From: Candidatus Omnitrophota bacterium
Lineage (GTDB): Bacteria; Omnitrophota; Omnitrophia; Omnitrophales; Aquincolibacteriaceae
Reading direction: 5' to 3'
Length of the DNA: 64,000 nt
Assembly (NCBI GenBank): GCA_035352955.1
Contig: DAOPYQ010000002.1
Span: forward strand, 233,267 to 297,266
The position numbers were made by a program, and so were the translations under genes. Under the pieces are notes generated by a model that ran no database searches, was not told where the DNA came from, and saw only the letters and a list, made by a program, of their open reading frames with translations. Positions 9,132 through 19,800 of the stretch are shown piece by piece (position 1 is the stretch's first letter; each line of letters starts with the position of its first letter).

Positions 9132-10271
9132 ATGGACCGTTTGGCCCGATCCTTCTTTCTTTTCTTAACGGTTATTCTCTGTTCTTTTTCCGTTACTCCA
9201 CAGATCCTTTCCGCCGGACCGGCCCCCCAGGCCGAGCTCGAGAGCGTTCTCCAAAAGATCGAGAACCGTCATTACCGGTGGGTCGCGATACGCGCGGAGG
9301 TGCTCCTCTTTTTCGCTGCTTCGGAAAATTCGAGAGCGATGTGCGGTGGCGAGCTGATCTACCAGCGGCTGGATGAACGGATGTCCCTTTCCTGCGTGGA
9401 TTCCGAAAAAAACCTCGTATTCGTGTTCCGGACGCTCGACCGGCGATTCGACCTTTATTTCCCGTCCCAGAACACGATCTATCACGGTTCCATCTTTGAC
9501 ATGGAGGATTCTCCCGAGATCGAAAGCCATCTAAAACCCCGCGATCTTTACCGCGCCCTTAAACCGATGGCCGTAAACCCTAAAGAAGCCGGGGTCGAAC
9601 GAACAAATTCCGTGATCACGAGCCTGGACGTCTACGGAAAAAAAAGAGACGGCAAATACCTGAAACGAAAACTTTATCTGACGCCCGAGGGCGATGTCCG
9701 CGGCGAACTTTTTTTCAATTCTGACGGAAAGCCCGTCACCGAGATCCAGCGTTACGATTTCCGGGAGATCCCGGCAGACGTCGGCACGTTCCATTCGGTC
9801 ATTTTTCCGAAAAAGATCACCGTCATCTCGCCCGAAACAAAGAAAGGAAGCGCGATCTTTTTCGCGCGGGTGCAGCCGCTTGATTCTATCGACCCGCTGG
9901 AGTTCCTTTTACGAGTCCCGGAAGGGACAAAAGAAGTCTTTCTCGACGAAAAGGATCCGAAGCTCGCCTTCCGGCAAATGGAACTTGATCGGCGCTCGGC
10001 GCGGTCCTCGGAAGTAGGACCGGTAGAAAAGATCGCGCCGGAAGCCGTTCCCGTCCCGGAAAAACCCGCTCAAGAAATCGCCCCGGAACCTTCTCCGGAG
10101 CCTGCCGCAGAAAATCCGGAGACTTCTGCGGACGCTGACATTGCGATCAGCGAAGAACTTTCCGCCCCGGTCCCTCCGTCTGAACCGGAATTTACGGCAA
10201 AGACACCTCCGGAACAAGACTCCCCACCTGCCACTCCGTCCGACAGCGCTCCACTCCCTGCCAAAACATAA
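9132..10271 (+). CDS. Hypothetical secreted protein with C-terminal Pro/Glu/Ala-rich low-complexity tail
   Basis: The ATG lies directly after the upstream stop. It has an N-terminal signal-like hydrophobic segment (FFLFLTVILCSFSVTPQILSA) and a C-terminal PEPSPEPAAENPETSADAD... tail. Confidence 0.5.
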   Translation: MDRLARSFFLFLTVILCSFSVTPQILSAGPAPQAELESVLQKIENRHYRWVAIRAEVLLFFAASENSRAMCGGELIYQRLDERMSLSCVDSEKNLVFVFRTLDRRFDLYFPSQNTIYHGSIFDMEDSPEIESHLKPRDLYRALKPMAVNPKEAGVERTNSVITSLDVYGKKRDGKYLKRKLYLTPEGDVRGELFFNSDGKPVTEIQRYDFREIPADVGTFHSVIFPKKITVISPETKKGSAIFFARVQPLDSIDPLEFLLRVPEGTKEVFLDEKDPKLAFRQMELDRRSARSSEVGPVEKIAPEAVPVPEKPAQEIAPEPSPEPAAENPETSADADIAISEELSAPVPPSEPEFTAKTPPEQDSPPATPSDSAPLPAKT

Positions 10272-10385
10272 CCGTCCGGCATTTGATCGCCGATCAAAAA
10301 TTTGGGACAAATAAAGATCTTCTTTTTTTGGAATTCGGATCTGGAAGGCGGGCTCCGGCCCGGAAGAAAGTCCTGCCGGAAAAAA

Positions 10386-10832
10386 TTATTTTGCTTTTTC
10401 CTTCGCGGATTTTCCGGGAAGCGTGCGGCGCTCGTGACGGGGGCTGTGGAGAGTCCGGTAGTAAGTGATCTCCGGTTCCCCGAGCTCCCAGGAAAAGTAA
10501 ACCGTTTCCCCGTCATGCTCTCCGAGAAATTCCACCTGCCCCTTTTCGATATTACGGAGAATGGAGCCTGAGGCGAAAATGGCTTCTACGTCCTTGGCGA
10601 GTTCCTCGATCGCGTCTTCCAGAGCATGGATGCCCATCTCGAGATCATCCTGCTCCTCGACGAGACCCTTGGAACGTTCGGCAGCGCAGATGAGCTCATG
10701 CATAAAGAGCGAATCGTGGGTGCGGCTGTAGGCTTCTTTTTTATTCTGGAGATGACGCAAACGTTTTTCGAGATCGGGCAAAAGGCTGTTGGCTTGATGA
10801 AGGCTGAAGACTTTGTGTTTTTTCTTCGTCAC
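10386..10832 (-). CDS. Hypothetical protein
   Basis: 148-aa ORF on the same strand as its neighbours, with no recognisable motif. Confidence 0.3.
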   Translation of the reverse strand: MTKKKHKVFSLHQANSLLPDLEKRLRHLQNKKEAYSRTHDSLFMHELICAAERSKGLVEEQDDLEMGIHALEDAIEELAKDVEAIFASGSILRNIEKGQVEFLGEHDGETVYFSWELGEPEITYYRTLHSPRHERRTLPGKSAKEKAK

Positions 10833-10903
10833 AGATGATATCTCCCGCGGAAAAGAATACTCCGCACTTTTCTAAAAATCAAACCCAAATCATCTTATGG
10901 AAC

Positions 10904-12268
10904 TTACGCGGTAAAACCTTCGGGGACAACATCCGACCAGATCGCCGGCATGAGACCGCCGCCGGTCGCGACGTTGATCACGCTTTCGTCGCTCAGCCGC
11001 ACAAACCCGCCCGAATACTTTCCGCCGGAAACGAGCAAGTTAAAGTTATACTTTTTGTAGGCAAAATCCAGCTTCTGGTTCACAACGACCGGAACGGTCA
11101 AGATCGGCACGGGGACCTGCTCCTGGATGACCCAATCTTCCTCTTTGAGAGCCCGATCCACGACCGCGTTCCATTCACTGTCAGGGGTCTCGCGACCGAC
11201 ATACACGCGGCGCGCACCATGGCTGCTCCCGTTCGGCTTGAGGACTAACGTCTCTTTTTCGTCCTTCAGGAAATCGATAATAAAAACCTTCCGGTTTCCG
11301 TAAAAATCCTCGGCATCGGCCAGACAACGTGTCCAGGGCAAGTGTTGCTGCTTCATCGTATTCTCATTCTCCGTGAAGAACCGGTCGAACTCCGGAGTCG
11401 TAAGCAGTGAAAAGATCGACTTGCTCGACGCGAGCCGGGAGCAAAGCGGATTCACCATGCAAACCGCCTTGTCTTTATAGGCCCGCACAAGATCCTGAAC
11501 TTCATCAAGGCGTTCCACGAGCTCATCAAACGCCGCGCGGCGGTAGATGAGATGGACCCGGAAACCTTTATGATAAAGTTTCCCGCCCTTGTACTGAAGT
11601 TCGCGAGGGTCCGCGATCGTCGTCTTATATCCTTTGGATTCAAAATGGCTTTTCATGGGCGTGAATTCGGCGGAGGTTCGCGCGTGGCGCCATTCCACGA
11701 TCGCGATCTGCGGCGTTTCATACCCGCCGAATTCCTCATAGACCGAAAGAAGCGTCGTCAGAATGCTCTGGACGCGCTCCGTGGAGGCGAGATGATGCTC
11801 CTCGGCGAACGGCCAGACCAGTTCTTCCGAAAGGAACGCGGATTCAAGCTGGTCCGTGTACGCGGCGCCGGCCGGAACATCGCTATTGAATTCCAGAAGT
11901 TTGAGGCTTTCCCCTTCCAGGAGCGCATCGAAGCGGCTGAAAACGACGTGCTGAGAATACCCCGGATCGATCTTCACAAGTTCTTCGGCCTCGGGAGAAA
12001 GACGGAAATGGGAGCGGAGCTGGACCTCCTCGAAATAAAGCCGCGCCGTCGTGTTAAGGATCTGATGGAACGCCGACGAAACGCGTTTGAGGAGATGGTG
12101 TTGCTTGGGCGTGACAAAATATCCTTTGTAGAACGCGGGAACGGTGAAACGGCCGAACGCGAACTGGGGGCCCTTGAGTTTTTCGCGGAATTGGAGAATG
12201 GCGGGAACAGCCTGACCGGCCTTCCCGGTCAGATACTGGTCGTAGGCGTGATCAAGATTCGCGCTCAT
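10904..12268 (-). CDS. Circularly permuted ATP-grasp type 2 family protein
   Basis: 454 aa whose length and sequence pattern resemble CP_ATPgrasp_2 proteins, which are often partnered with alpha-E/transglutaminase genes. No such partner is present here. Confidence 0.5.
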   Translation of the reverse strand: MSANLDHAYDQYLTGKAGQAVPAILQFREKLKGPQFAFGRFTVPAFYKGYFVTPKQHHLLKRVSSAFHQILNTTARLYFEEVQLRSHFRLSPEAEELVKIDPGYSQHVVFSRFDALLEGESLKLLEFNSDVPAGAAYTDQLESAFLSEELVWPFAEEHHLASTERVQSILTTLLSVYEEFGGYETPQIAIVEWRHARTSAEFTPMKSHFESKGYKTTIADPRELQYKGGKLYHKGFRVHLIYRRAAFDELVERLDEVQDLVRAYKDKAVCMVNPLCSRLASSKSIFSLLTTPEFDRFFTENENTMKQQHLPWTRCLADAEDFYGNRKVFIIDFLKDEKETLVLKPNGSSHGARRVYVGRETPDSEWNAVVDRALKEEDWVIQEQVPVPILTVPVVVNQKLDFAYKKYNFNLLVSGGKYSGGFVRLSDESVINVATGGGLMPAIWSDVVPEGFTA

Positions 12269-12285
12269 GATTGCCTATGATAAAC

Positions 12286-12332
12286 AAAAGGGGACAGGCA
12301 TTCAATCATTGCCTGTTCCCTTTTTTATTTCC
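12286..12332. terminator. Terminator hairpin of the same family
   Basis: aaaaggggacaggcattcaatcattgcctgttcccttttttatt lies downstream of the gltA stop. Confidence 0.6.
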
Positions 12333-13491
12333 GCTGTTCGGCGGGAATGTAATAGCCTTCCTGGGGACCGACGTATTCGGCAAGGGGCCGGATGAGCCGG
12401 TTGTCGAGCTGCTGCTCAATGATATGCCCGCTCCATCCTGCGACACGGCTGGCCGCGAAAACGGTCGTGAAAAAATCCGGCGGAAATCCGAGCACGTAAA
12501 GAACGGGGGCCGAGAAAAAGTCCACGTTGCAGGGGATCTTCTTCCGTTCCCACATGACCTTTTCGACGCCGTCGGCGATCTCAAGCCATGTCGTCTTGCC
12601 GGCTTTGACGCAAAGGTCGCGGGCGATCGCGCGGAATGCCTCGGCACGCGGGTCGCGGGTCTTGTAGATCCGGTGACCGAAACCCATCACCTTCTTTTTT
12701 TCATCCAGCAGCTTGTTCACATACGGGATCGCGTTTCCCGGGGCGCCGATCTCGAGGATCATTTCCATGGCGTACTGGTTCGCCGCGCCGTGCAACTCGC
12801 CGGAGAGTGTCCCGACCGCTGAAGTGACGGCCGAATAAAGATTAGAAAGCGTCCCGGTCGTCACGCGCGCCGCAAAAGTCGACGCGTTGAGACCGTGGTC
12901 CGCCAAAAGGATCAGGTACGCATCGAGCGCCTTTTCCATCTCGAGCGTGGGTTTCTTGCCTGTCAGCATATAAAGAAAGTTGGCCGCGTGCGAAAGCTCC
13001 ATGTCGGGCGCCACGGGTTCTTTCCCTTCGCGTAGCCTGTAGAACGCCGCGATGATCGTCGGGAAAACTCCGGTCAGATGATAGGCTTTCCGTTGGGACT
13101 CCTCGGGATTTACGATGTGAGCACGCGGATCCAGGGAACCCATGAGCGAACACATCGTACGGAGCGCGCTCATCGGATGCGTCGTGGTCGGGATCAGCCG
13201 GAGGATCGCGAGCGCCTTTTCAGAAAGCGGACGCTGGGCCTTCAGGGTATTCTTGAAAACCTCAAGGTCCTGGGGATTGGGAAGTCTCGCGTACCAAAGA
13301 AGGAAAGCAACTTCTTCAAAATGGGATTTTTCGACAAGCTCGCCGATCGGAAAACCGCGGTAAAGAAGCCGCCCGTTCGCGCCGTCGACATCGCTCAGGG
13401 ACGTCTGCGCCGCCACGACGCCTTCAAGGCCTTTGATCAGCTTGGATGCGCTGGAGGGTTCTTTAACTTTTGGTCCCTTTGAATTAGGCAT
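12325..13491 (-). CDS. gltA: Citrate synthase
   Basis: 388 aa with the GFGHRIYKTRDPRA active-site region and overall citrate synthase architecture. Confidence 0.9.
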   Translation of the reverse strand: MPNSKGPKVKEPSSASKLIKGLEGVVAAQTSLSDVDGANGRLLYRGFPIGELVEKSHFEEVAFLLWYARLPNPQDLEVFKNTLKAQRPLSEKALAILRLIPTTTHPMSALRTMCSLMGSLDPRAHIVNPEESQRKAYHLTGVFPTIIAAFYRLREGKEPVAPDMELSHAANFLYMLTGKKPTLEMEKALDAYLILLADHGLNASTFAARVTTGTLSNLYSAVTSAVGTLSGELHGAANQYAMEMILEIGAPGNAIPYVNKLLDEKKKVMGFGHRIYKTRDPRAEAFRAIARDLCVKAGKTTWLEIADGVEKVMWERKKIPCNVDFFSAPVLYVLGFPPDFFTTVFAASRVAGWSGHIIEQQLDNRLIRPLAEYVGPQEGYYIPAEQRK

Positions 13492-13784
13492 TTCTGGAAT
13501 TTCCTTCCCGGTCCACGTTGACCTTCCTCATCGCCTGCCACCCTTGGCAGGCCGGCGGCACTGACTCTCATTGATTCTTTAACCGAGGTCAGTACTGCAC
13601 TGAACCTCCCTTTGACTTCAATGGAGCGTTCAGTGCGGTATTATACTCAAAGCTCCGGGAATGGGAACTAGGAAAGAGTGTAAAACTGAGGGCCACGCCC
13701 GCCTGCCGGCGAGGCAGGCACCACGGACATCGGGCCACGATCTGCCTTCTCCGTGGGCCGTGGCCCGTTGATCGTGGACCGGTC

Positions 13785-16700
13785 TTAGAAATCAAATCTC
13801 GCGGTGCCGTAATACGTGTTCGAGATGAACTCGTCCTTGAGCTCCATGTCATAATTCGCCGTCAAGGTCATGTTCCCCTTGTTCAGGAACGCGAGCTCGC
13901 CGCCTAACAACAGGCCGCTCTTCGCGGGCTTGGCGCCCTTCGACACGAACGAATTTCCGCCCCCGGCAAAAGACGCCGTCGTCTCCACCTGATCCCCAAT
14001 ATAATCGTACATCCACGCCGCTTTCACCGCCGGCAGGAATGTCCCGACCTTTTTCGACACGAACGGGTACGCGAACTTCGTACCAAGAGCCTGCAGAAGC
14101 TCATTGTAACCTTCCCCCTGCACCGTCAGATTGAGTGCCCCCGCGCCATCTTCCTTGTACTTGTTGATGTTCAGATAGCTGTACTGTAACGACGCAAAAG
14201 GCGTGACCTCGAGGTCCTTCGTCGCTTTCGTCAGGAACGTATACCCCGATTCAAGCTTCGTGCTGTACTGCTGGCCGTGGTGGTCCGATTTTGCCACGCG
14301 CTTCGTCGCGGGTGTCAGCCAGATCTCACGGCGAGAATCATAATTATTCTCCGTAAAACCGAACATGCTGTCCACGTACCACGCGTTATCCCGGCGCTCT
14401 CTCACGCCGCCTTTCCCGCCGCGCTGGTTCTCTTGTAACTTGCAAAGGTTCACGGAATCATAGCTCCCGTAAAGCGTCGCCTGCCAACTATTGATGTCAT
14501 CGCTCGGACTCCCAGGCGTCTTCGCGTTCACGTTCGAGAATCCGTAACCGCCCGCCGCACCCAAACGAATGTGATCGTCCACCAGTTTATCCGCGCCGAT
14601 CGAGGTGCCGAACACGTTCGCATTAAACCCCTCGATGCCCTTGCGCGTGCCTTGCTGGATGTTGCTCCCCAAGGCCTGATACCAAAATCCCGTACCCTGG
14701 AGCATGTCCCCCGTCGAAACACCGCCCTCACCGCCCGTCCGGCCATAACCCAAGCGATTGCTAACGCTCCCTAAAAACTGGTTCGCCGTCTGCTGGCTTG
14801 CCTGCATCGTCCCCGAGCTCATGTCCGGCGTCATCGTTTCCAATGCGCTCCCGACATTCCCGGACGATTCTCCGTCCAGCGTGTTCAACACCCCGAGCAT
14901 ATCCCCTGAAGCGCCCGTAATATTATCCAGTACATCGCCCACCGCCCCAGCGTTCCCGTTCCCCGCCGGTGCGTCGCTCGCAAATCCGTTCTCCGCGCGG
15001 CTCGCCGTCAGGATCAGGATGTTCCCCGATTTCGTGCCCGTAAACGTGTACTTCGTATCCCCGAGCACGTTGATCGTCGTCGCCGTGTCGTACGTCAGCG
15101 CTCCCGTACTCGTCAGCACCGACAGCGTGCCGCCGTTCGGGATATAACCGTTCACCGTAAGATCGATCACGCCGGCCAGATTCCCCGTACCGCCTGCCGT
15201 GATCGAACCGTAACTCGACGTCGAATCCGCCGTCAGTTTCAGCGTTCCCGTCTGCGCGTAGTTCCCGCCCACCGCAAGAGCCGTCGTCCCAATATCCAGC
15301 GTCGCGCCGTTCGTCACATGCGCCGCAGCTCCCGTCCCGAGCGCACCGGCGTTACTCACCTGCACCGTCCCCGCATTGATCGACGTCGTGCCGGTGTACG
15401 TGTTCGCGCCGCTCAAGGTTAGTGTCCCCTCGTCGTTTTTTATGAGTTTACCTGTGCCCGTACCAATCACGCTATTGATCGTGGTATTGCCTGCTCCGCC
15501 TACGGTAAGCCAGAAACCAGCGCCTGTTATCGTGCCTGCGTTGCTGAGCGTGAGCGTGCCGGAATCGGACTTTATCCCGGTATCTGCACTGAGCGTCACA
15601 AGACCGGTGTAGTTGTTGTCGCCCGATACGTTCTGTAATGCACCCGAATCGCTTATTCCATAGCTGGCAAGCGAGAGGGCGTTGGCATTGGTGGTGATGA
15701 TACCTCCCTGTAGCTGCAACCCGGCGACGTTACCGCCTGTCACGCTCACGCTGCCGCTGCCCAAAGCACCATTGTTTTGGATATTCAAGACGCCCGCTGA
15801 TACCGTCGTCCCCCCACTGTAAGTATTTGCGCCGGAAAGTGTCAGCTTACTCCCGCCCGCTTTCACAAAACTGCTCGCCGCCGTGCCGCTGATCACACCG
15901 GCGTACGTCGCGTCCGCGCCCTGCGTGACCGTCAGCGCGCCCGCGCCAAGCGCCACCGTGGCGTTGCTGTCGCCCGTCAAAGTACCGATCACCTCGGTCA
16001 TCCCGTTCACATCCAGCGTGCTCCCCGCGTTCGCGATCGTTACCGCGCCGTCGTTCGCCAACACACCGCTCGCGCCCAACCTCAATGTACCTCCGTTAAT
16101 GTTTGTGCCGCCGGCATAGGTATTATTCCCCGAGAGAGTAAGCATCCCCGATCCCGTCTTCGTCAAAGCGCCGTTACTGATGGCGCCGGAGATCGCTGTC
16201 GCGCCGGAACCGTCCACCGTCAGCGTGTGCGTACCGTTATTCACATTGCCCGCCACGGAAAGCGTGTTACTGCTGCCGTTCAGCCAGGTTTGTGATGCAC
16301 CCAACACGACATTGCTATTGACCGTCAGAGCGCCCGCGGTCGCCTCAAGATTGATCGCATTGCCGGAACTGTTCAGCGTCAGCGTGTTGCCGCTGATGCT
16401 CACGGCATTCGTCCCGGCATTCATCGTCAGACTGTTGATCGTAAAATCCTGACCCAATGTGGTATCAAGATTCGTCGCGTCGGTGTAATAAAAATGAACG
16501 TCAGAGGTCGAACCCGGGATGGCATTCGCTTCAGTGCCCGATCCATTGACCCAGTTCGTAACACCGCCGGCCGTGTGATAATTCCACGCCGTACTCGTGC
16601 CGCCCTTCCAAGAGATCGGATTGGCGGGCGTGTTCACGGCCCCCGTGTAGACCACCTGAAGAAGATCCGGGCTTCCGCCGGAATTGTCCACGTCCACAAA

Positions 16701-19508
16701 GCTGATGCTAAAAGAACCGTTCGTGCAGCCGGCGCCGGTGCAAGCGATGCTGTTGGTCCCGGTGAAATTGCCGTCCGCCAGAGTGAATTTGTTAGTCGCA
16801 AAACCGCTGATACCGCCCGAAGCGCTGGCAATGGTCCAGGTATAATTCTGGTATTTGTTAAAATCCGCCAAGGCCCCGGTGGCGGTGATATCGATCTCGA
16901 AGGTGTTGGCCGGAAAAACACCCGGAGTCGAAGCGATCGTCAGAACGTTGCCGACGCCGCCGGTGATGTTCTGGAGATCCCAGTTGGTGCCCGCGACGCC
17001 AACGGCGTTCGCGATCTCCCAGGTATACGTCCCGCCGTCACTGTAAGTAACATTGCCGGCGGTCGTGAGCGTTCCCGGGCTGTTCCCCGGAGCAAGCGTG
17101 CCGCCGCTTGCGATCGTCAGGTCGCCGGTCGTGCCGGTCCCCGAAAGCGTCCCCGCCGTCTGCACCGTCGTAAGAGAACTTTCCGCAATGGAACCATCCA
17201 CCACCAGCGTCCCCGCGTTCACGTTCGTCGCGCCCGTATACATATTCGCGCCGGAAAGCGTCACAGTCCCCGAAGTCGTCTTGGTCAATCCCGCATCTCC
17301 GGCCAAGATCGTTGACGAGGAACCGCTTTGAGCATCGATCGTGTTGACGCTCGTCAAAGTCCCCGACCCGCTCACCGCGCCGCCCGCAAGAATAAGCGTG
17401 CCGATGGTTTCATCCTTGCCGTTCTGGTCAAAAGTTCCGCCGTTAAGCGTCACGGTGGCGCCGTCCCAGATCTGAAGATTGTTCGTGCCGTTCAGCCGTA
17501 ACGTCCCGTCGTTGACGACCACGCGCGACGTCGCATTAAAACCCGCGCCGGTCTTTGCCAATACCAGTGTGCCGGCATCGACCGTCGTCGCGAGACTCGT
17601 GTTGTCCGTACTTCCGCTCAGCGTCAGAGTGCCCTCGCCGGTTTTATCCAGGATCTGGAAGCCGGCTCCGGAGGAACCGATCACGGAACCGGAAAGAGTG
17701 AGCGCTGTGGTGACATCCACGGTGCTGGTTCCCGTCACCTGAATTTGTCCGGACATGCTGTTCGTTCCGGAACTTGACGAAAGAGTGCTGCCGCCGGCAA
17801 GCGTCAAGCCTTCATTCCCCACCCCGAAAGTCCCGTTAAGATCCAGTGTGCCCCCGTTCCCAACCGAAGTTGCGCCTACCGTGCTGCCCAATCCCGTCGC
17901 TGAAGTGATCCGCAACGTGCCATGGCTGATCGTGGTCGCGCCATCATAGGTATTCGCCCCGGAAAGTGTTACTGCGTCGTCCCCGTCCTTGGTCACACCT
18001 CCCGATCCTTTAATGTTCGATGAGACCGTACCGCTTTGGAACGTGATCCCACTGACGGTCCGAAAATCTCCGGTCACGGTACCGGCAGCACCCGCATTGA
18101 TCGTTCCAGTCTGGTCCCCGGCAGTAGGATCCGTCAGATTGAATGTCACGCTCCCATTGATCGTACCGTTGCTTTGCGATGAACCATTGAACACCCACGA
18201 AAGATCGCCGTCTGTGTAATCCCAGCCGCTCGTGTCTTCGGTCCAAGTCTCGCCATCCTCGAGCGTGAACTGCACGTCATTTGTCGCTCCTACAAAGCTG
18301 CCCGTTCCCTGAAAGATATACGGAATCCCGCCCGCATTTCCGTAGTTCCCATAATCACCGGGGTCGACCGTCTCTGCAAAAAACGCCGTGCCGGTCACCG
18401 TTCCGTCACCACCGCCGACTCCGTGGTTGGCACTCGTGTCATTGAAAATGGCATTTCCAGTGACCGTGCCACCTTCGTTCTTGGACGAATTATTGAACGT
18501 CGCATTGCCCGTGACGGTGCCGTTGAAATTACTGCTATGGTCATAAAAATAGCCGGTGCCGACGCTGCCCCAGTTCATGGCTCTCCCGTAAAGAGTAGCC
18601 GTGCCTTGGACAGAACCCTGGTTGTAGGCATCGTCCTCACTGCCAGCCGTGCCGAACGTCGCATTGCCCGTGACGGTGCTGGAGTTGACGGACAAATCAT
18701 TGAATACCCAGCTGTATACCCCATCATGGTCCGAGGTATACTGGCTCCAGCCCCCGGCGCTCGTATCGGTCGACCAGGTCTCGCCAGTCAGGGTGAATTG
18801 CACGTCATAGCCGCCATGGCCTGATGTGAACGCAGCTGTACCGGCGCTAAAATCAAGCTTTGTTCCCACACTACCAAAGTTAGTAGCGCTGGGGCCAAAG
18901 AAGCCATAGCCGGTGACGACGTTGCCGTTCCGGCTACTATCATTGAACGCACCAACGGTGACATTGCCTTCGGCGTTACTGCTTGAATCGTTAAACGTGC
19001 CGATGGTGACAGAACCTCCGTTGGTGCTCGTACCATTAAACGTACCGATAGTGGCGTTGTTGTTGTTATAGCTAGTATCAGCAAACGTTGCGATGGTGAC
19101 GGTGCCAAAGTTGAGGCTGCTGCCATAGAAATAAGCACCGTTCGTAGCAGTGAGCGTAGCTCCTGAGAATCTAATGCTGGGTGCCGTATCGCTTGTAAGA
19201 GTGTTGATGGTCGTATTCCCTGCGATCGAGATATTGGTGAGGAATATCACGTCATCCGATGCGTTAACTTCCCTGCCGAGAAGGATTGTGTGGTCGTAAT
19301 CCGAAAACCAGTTGCTCGCCGTTTCCCAGGCGTAATCCGAATCCGAATAAAAGTAGATGGGGTCCGCCGCCTGCGCCGCGGGCGTGACCGGAACGGATAA
19401 GACCATAGCGATAACCGTGGCGAACGAGATGAGTTTTTTTACCCCGTGAGAGACCGGGCTGATGGTTTTGGGAGTTTTAAAAGATAAATTGAAATATGAA
19501 GTTTTCAC
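13785..19508 (-). CDS. Autotransporter-type outer-membrane surface protein / adhesin with many passenger-domain repeats
   Basis: 1,907 aa with an N-terminal signal peptide. It has dozens of G/T/N/S-rich 'GTLTLSGANTYTGGT'-type autotransporter-associated beta-strand repeats and a C-terminal beta-barrel region ending in an aromatic F (…YYGTARFDF). Confidence 0.75.
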   Translation of the reverse strand: MKTSYFNLSFKTPKTISPVSHGVKKLISFATVIAMVLSVPVTPAAQAADPIYFYSDSDYAWETASNWFSDYDHTILLGREVNASDDVIFLTNISIAGNTTINTLTSDTAPSIRFSGATLTATNGAYFYGSSLNFGTVTIATFADTSYNNNNATIGTFNGTSTNGGSVTIGTFNDSSSNAEGNVTVGAFNDSSRNGNVVTGYGFFGPSATNFGSVGTKLDFSAGTAAFTSGHGGYDVQFTLTGETWSTDTSAGGWSQYTSDHDGVYSWVFNDLSVNSSTVTGNATFGTAGSEDDAYNQGSVQGTATLYGRAMNWGSVGTGYFYDHSSNFNGTVTGNATFNNSSKNEGGTVTGNAIFNDTSANHGVGGGDGTVTGTAFFAETVDPGDYGNYGNAGGIPYIFQGTGSFVGATNDVQFTLEDGETWTEDTSGWDYTDGDLSWVFNGSSQSNGTINGSVTFNLTDPTAGDQTGTINAGAAGTVTGDFRTVSGITFQSGTVSSNIKGSGGVTKDGDDAVTLSGANTYDGATTISHGTLRITSATGLGSTVGATSVGNGGTLDLNGTFGVGNEGLTLAGGSTLSSSSGTNSMSGQIQVTGTSTVDVTTALTLSGSVIGSSGAGFQILDKTGEGTLTLSGSTDNTSLATTVDAGTLVLAKTGAGFNATSRVVVNDGTLRLNGTNNLQIWDGATVTLNGGTFDQNGKDETIGTLILAGGAVSGSGTLTSVNTIDAQSGSSSTILAGDAGLTKTTSGTVTLSGANMYTGATNVNAGTLVVDGSIAESSLTTVQTAGTLSGTGTTGDLTIASGGTLAPGNSPGTLTTAGNVTYSDGGTYTWEIANAVGVAGTNWDLQNITGGVGNVLTIASTPGVFPANTFEIDITATGALADFNKYQNYTWTIASASGGISGFATNKFTLADGNFTGTNSIACTGAGCTNGSFSISFVDVDNSGGSPDLLQVVYTGAVNTPANPISWKGGTSTAWNYHTAGGVTNWVNGSGTEANAIPGSTSDVHFYYTDATNLDTTLGQDFTINSLTMNAGTNAVSISGNTLTLNSSGNAINLEATAGALTVNSNVVLGASQTWLNGSSNTLSVAGNVNNGTHTLTVDGSGATAISGAISNGALTKTGSGMLTLSGNNTYAGGTNINGGTLRLGASGVLANDGAVTIANAGSTLDVNGMTEVIGTLTGDSNATVALGAGALTVTQGADATYAGVISGTAASSFVKAGGSKLTLSGANTYSGGTTVSAGVLNIQNNGALGSGSVSVTGGNVAGLQLQGGIITTNANALSLASYGISDSGALQNVSGDNNYTGLVTLSADTGIKSDSGTLTLSNAGTITGAGFWLTVGGAGNTTINSVIGTGTGKLIKNDEGTLTLSGANTYTGTTSINAGTVQVSNAGALGTGAAAHVTNGATLDIGTTALAVGGNYAQTGTLKLTADSTSSYGSITAGGTGNLAGVIDLTVNGYIPNGGTLSVLTSTGALTYDTATTINVLGDTKYTFTGTKSGNILILTASRAENGFASDAPAGNGNAGAVGDVLDNITGASGDMLGVLNTLDGESSGNVGSALETMTPDMSSGTMQASQQTANQFLGSVSNRLGYGRTGGEGGVSTGDMLQGTGFWYQALGSNIQQGTRKGIEGFNANVFGTSIGADKLVDDHIRLGAAGGYGFSNVNAKTPGSPSDDINSWQATLYGSYDSVNLCKLQENQRGGKGGVRERRDNAWYVDSMFGFTENNYDSRREIWLTPATKRVAKSDHHGQQYSTKLESGYTFLTKATKDLEVTPFASLQYSYLNINKYKEDGAGALNLTVQGEGYNELLQALGTKFAYPFVSKKVGTFLPAVKAAWMYDYIGDQVETTASFAGGGNSFVSKGAKPAKSGLLLGGELAFLNKGNMTLTANYDMELKDEFISNTYYGTARFDF

Positions 19509-19605
19509 GATGTTTTCGCCTCTCCTTAGCGGACTTGCCCAACAGCAAGTCCTGTTTCTAACGGGGTGAATGATCTTAAAAGTTCCGCTAGAATTGACCC
19601 GGACG

Positions 19606-19795
19606 GCGGCCCGACCGTCCCTGAAGCCTCCGGAAGGGAAATCTCCTCCCGAACCCTTGGAAATAATGAAAGCTGAAAGTCAAATGCCGACTGTTTTCGT
19701 TATCGGCATCTTCCGCTCCGATATTGACCGCGTTATACCCCCCAGGGGGGGGGGAATCCGAAACGCAAAATCCTAAATCCAAAAAACTTTAATCC
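19606..19795. repeat. ~190-bp direct repeat, copy 1 (flanks the COG1373 ATPase gene); contains C6-A-G9 and other hairpins
   Basis: Near-identical to 21113..21302 (…gaaataatgaaagctgaaagtcaaatgccgactgtt..cgttatcggcatcttccgctccgatattgaccgcgttataccccccagggggggggaatccgaaacgcaaaatcctaaatcc…). Confidence 0.8.
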
Positions 19796-19800
19796 ACCCT

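Noticed and set aside
13495-13785. Hairpins (GCCTGCCGGCGAGGCAGGC; GGGCCACG…CGTGGCCC) and an ACTGCACTGAAC/GTTCAGTGCGGT inverted repeat in the gltA leader / autotransporter 3' spacer, considered as a riboswitch or sRNA
   Set aside because: No recognisable riboswitch consensus. The stems are adequately explained as terminator or leader structure, and without covariation data this is not supportable.
14571-19138. Numerous plus- and minus-strand ORFs of 60–270 aa inside the autotransporter gene
   Set aside because: They are frame shadows of a repetitive GC-rich gene and overlap the clearly coding −strand frame.
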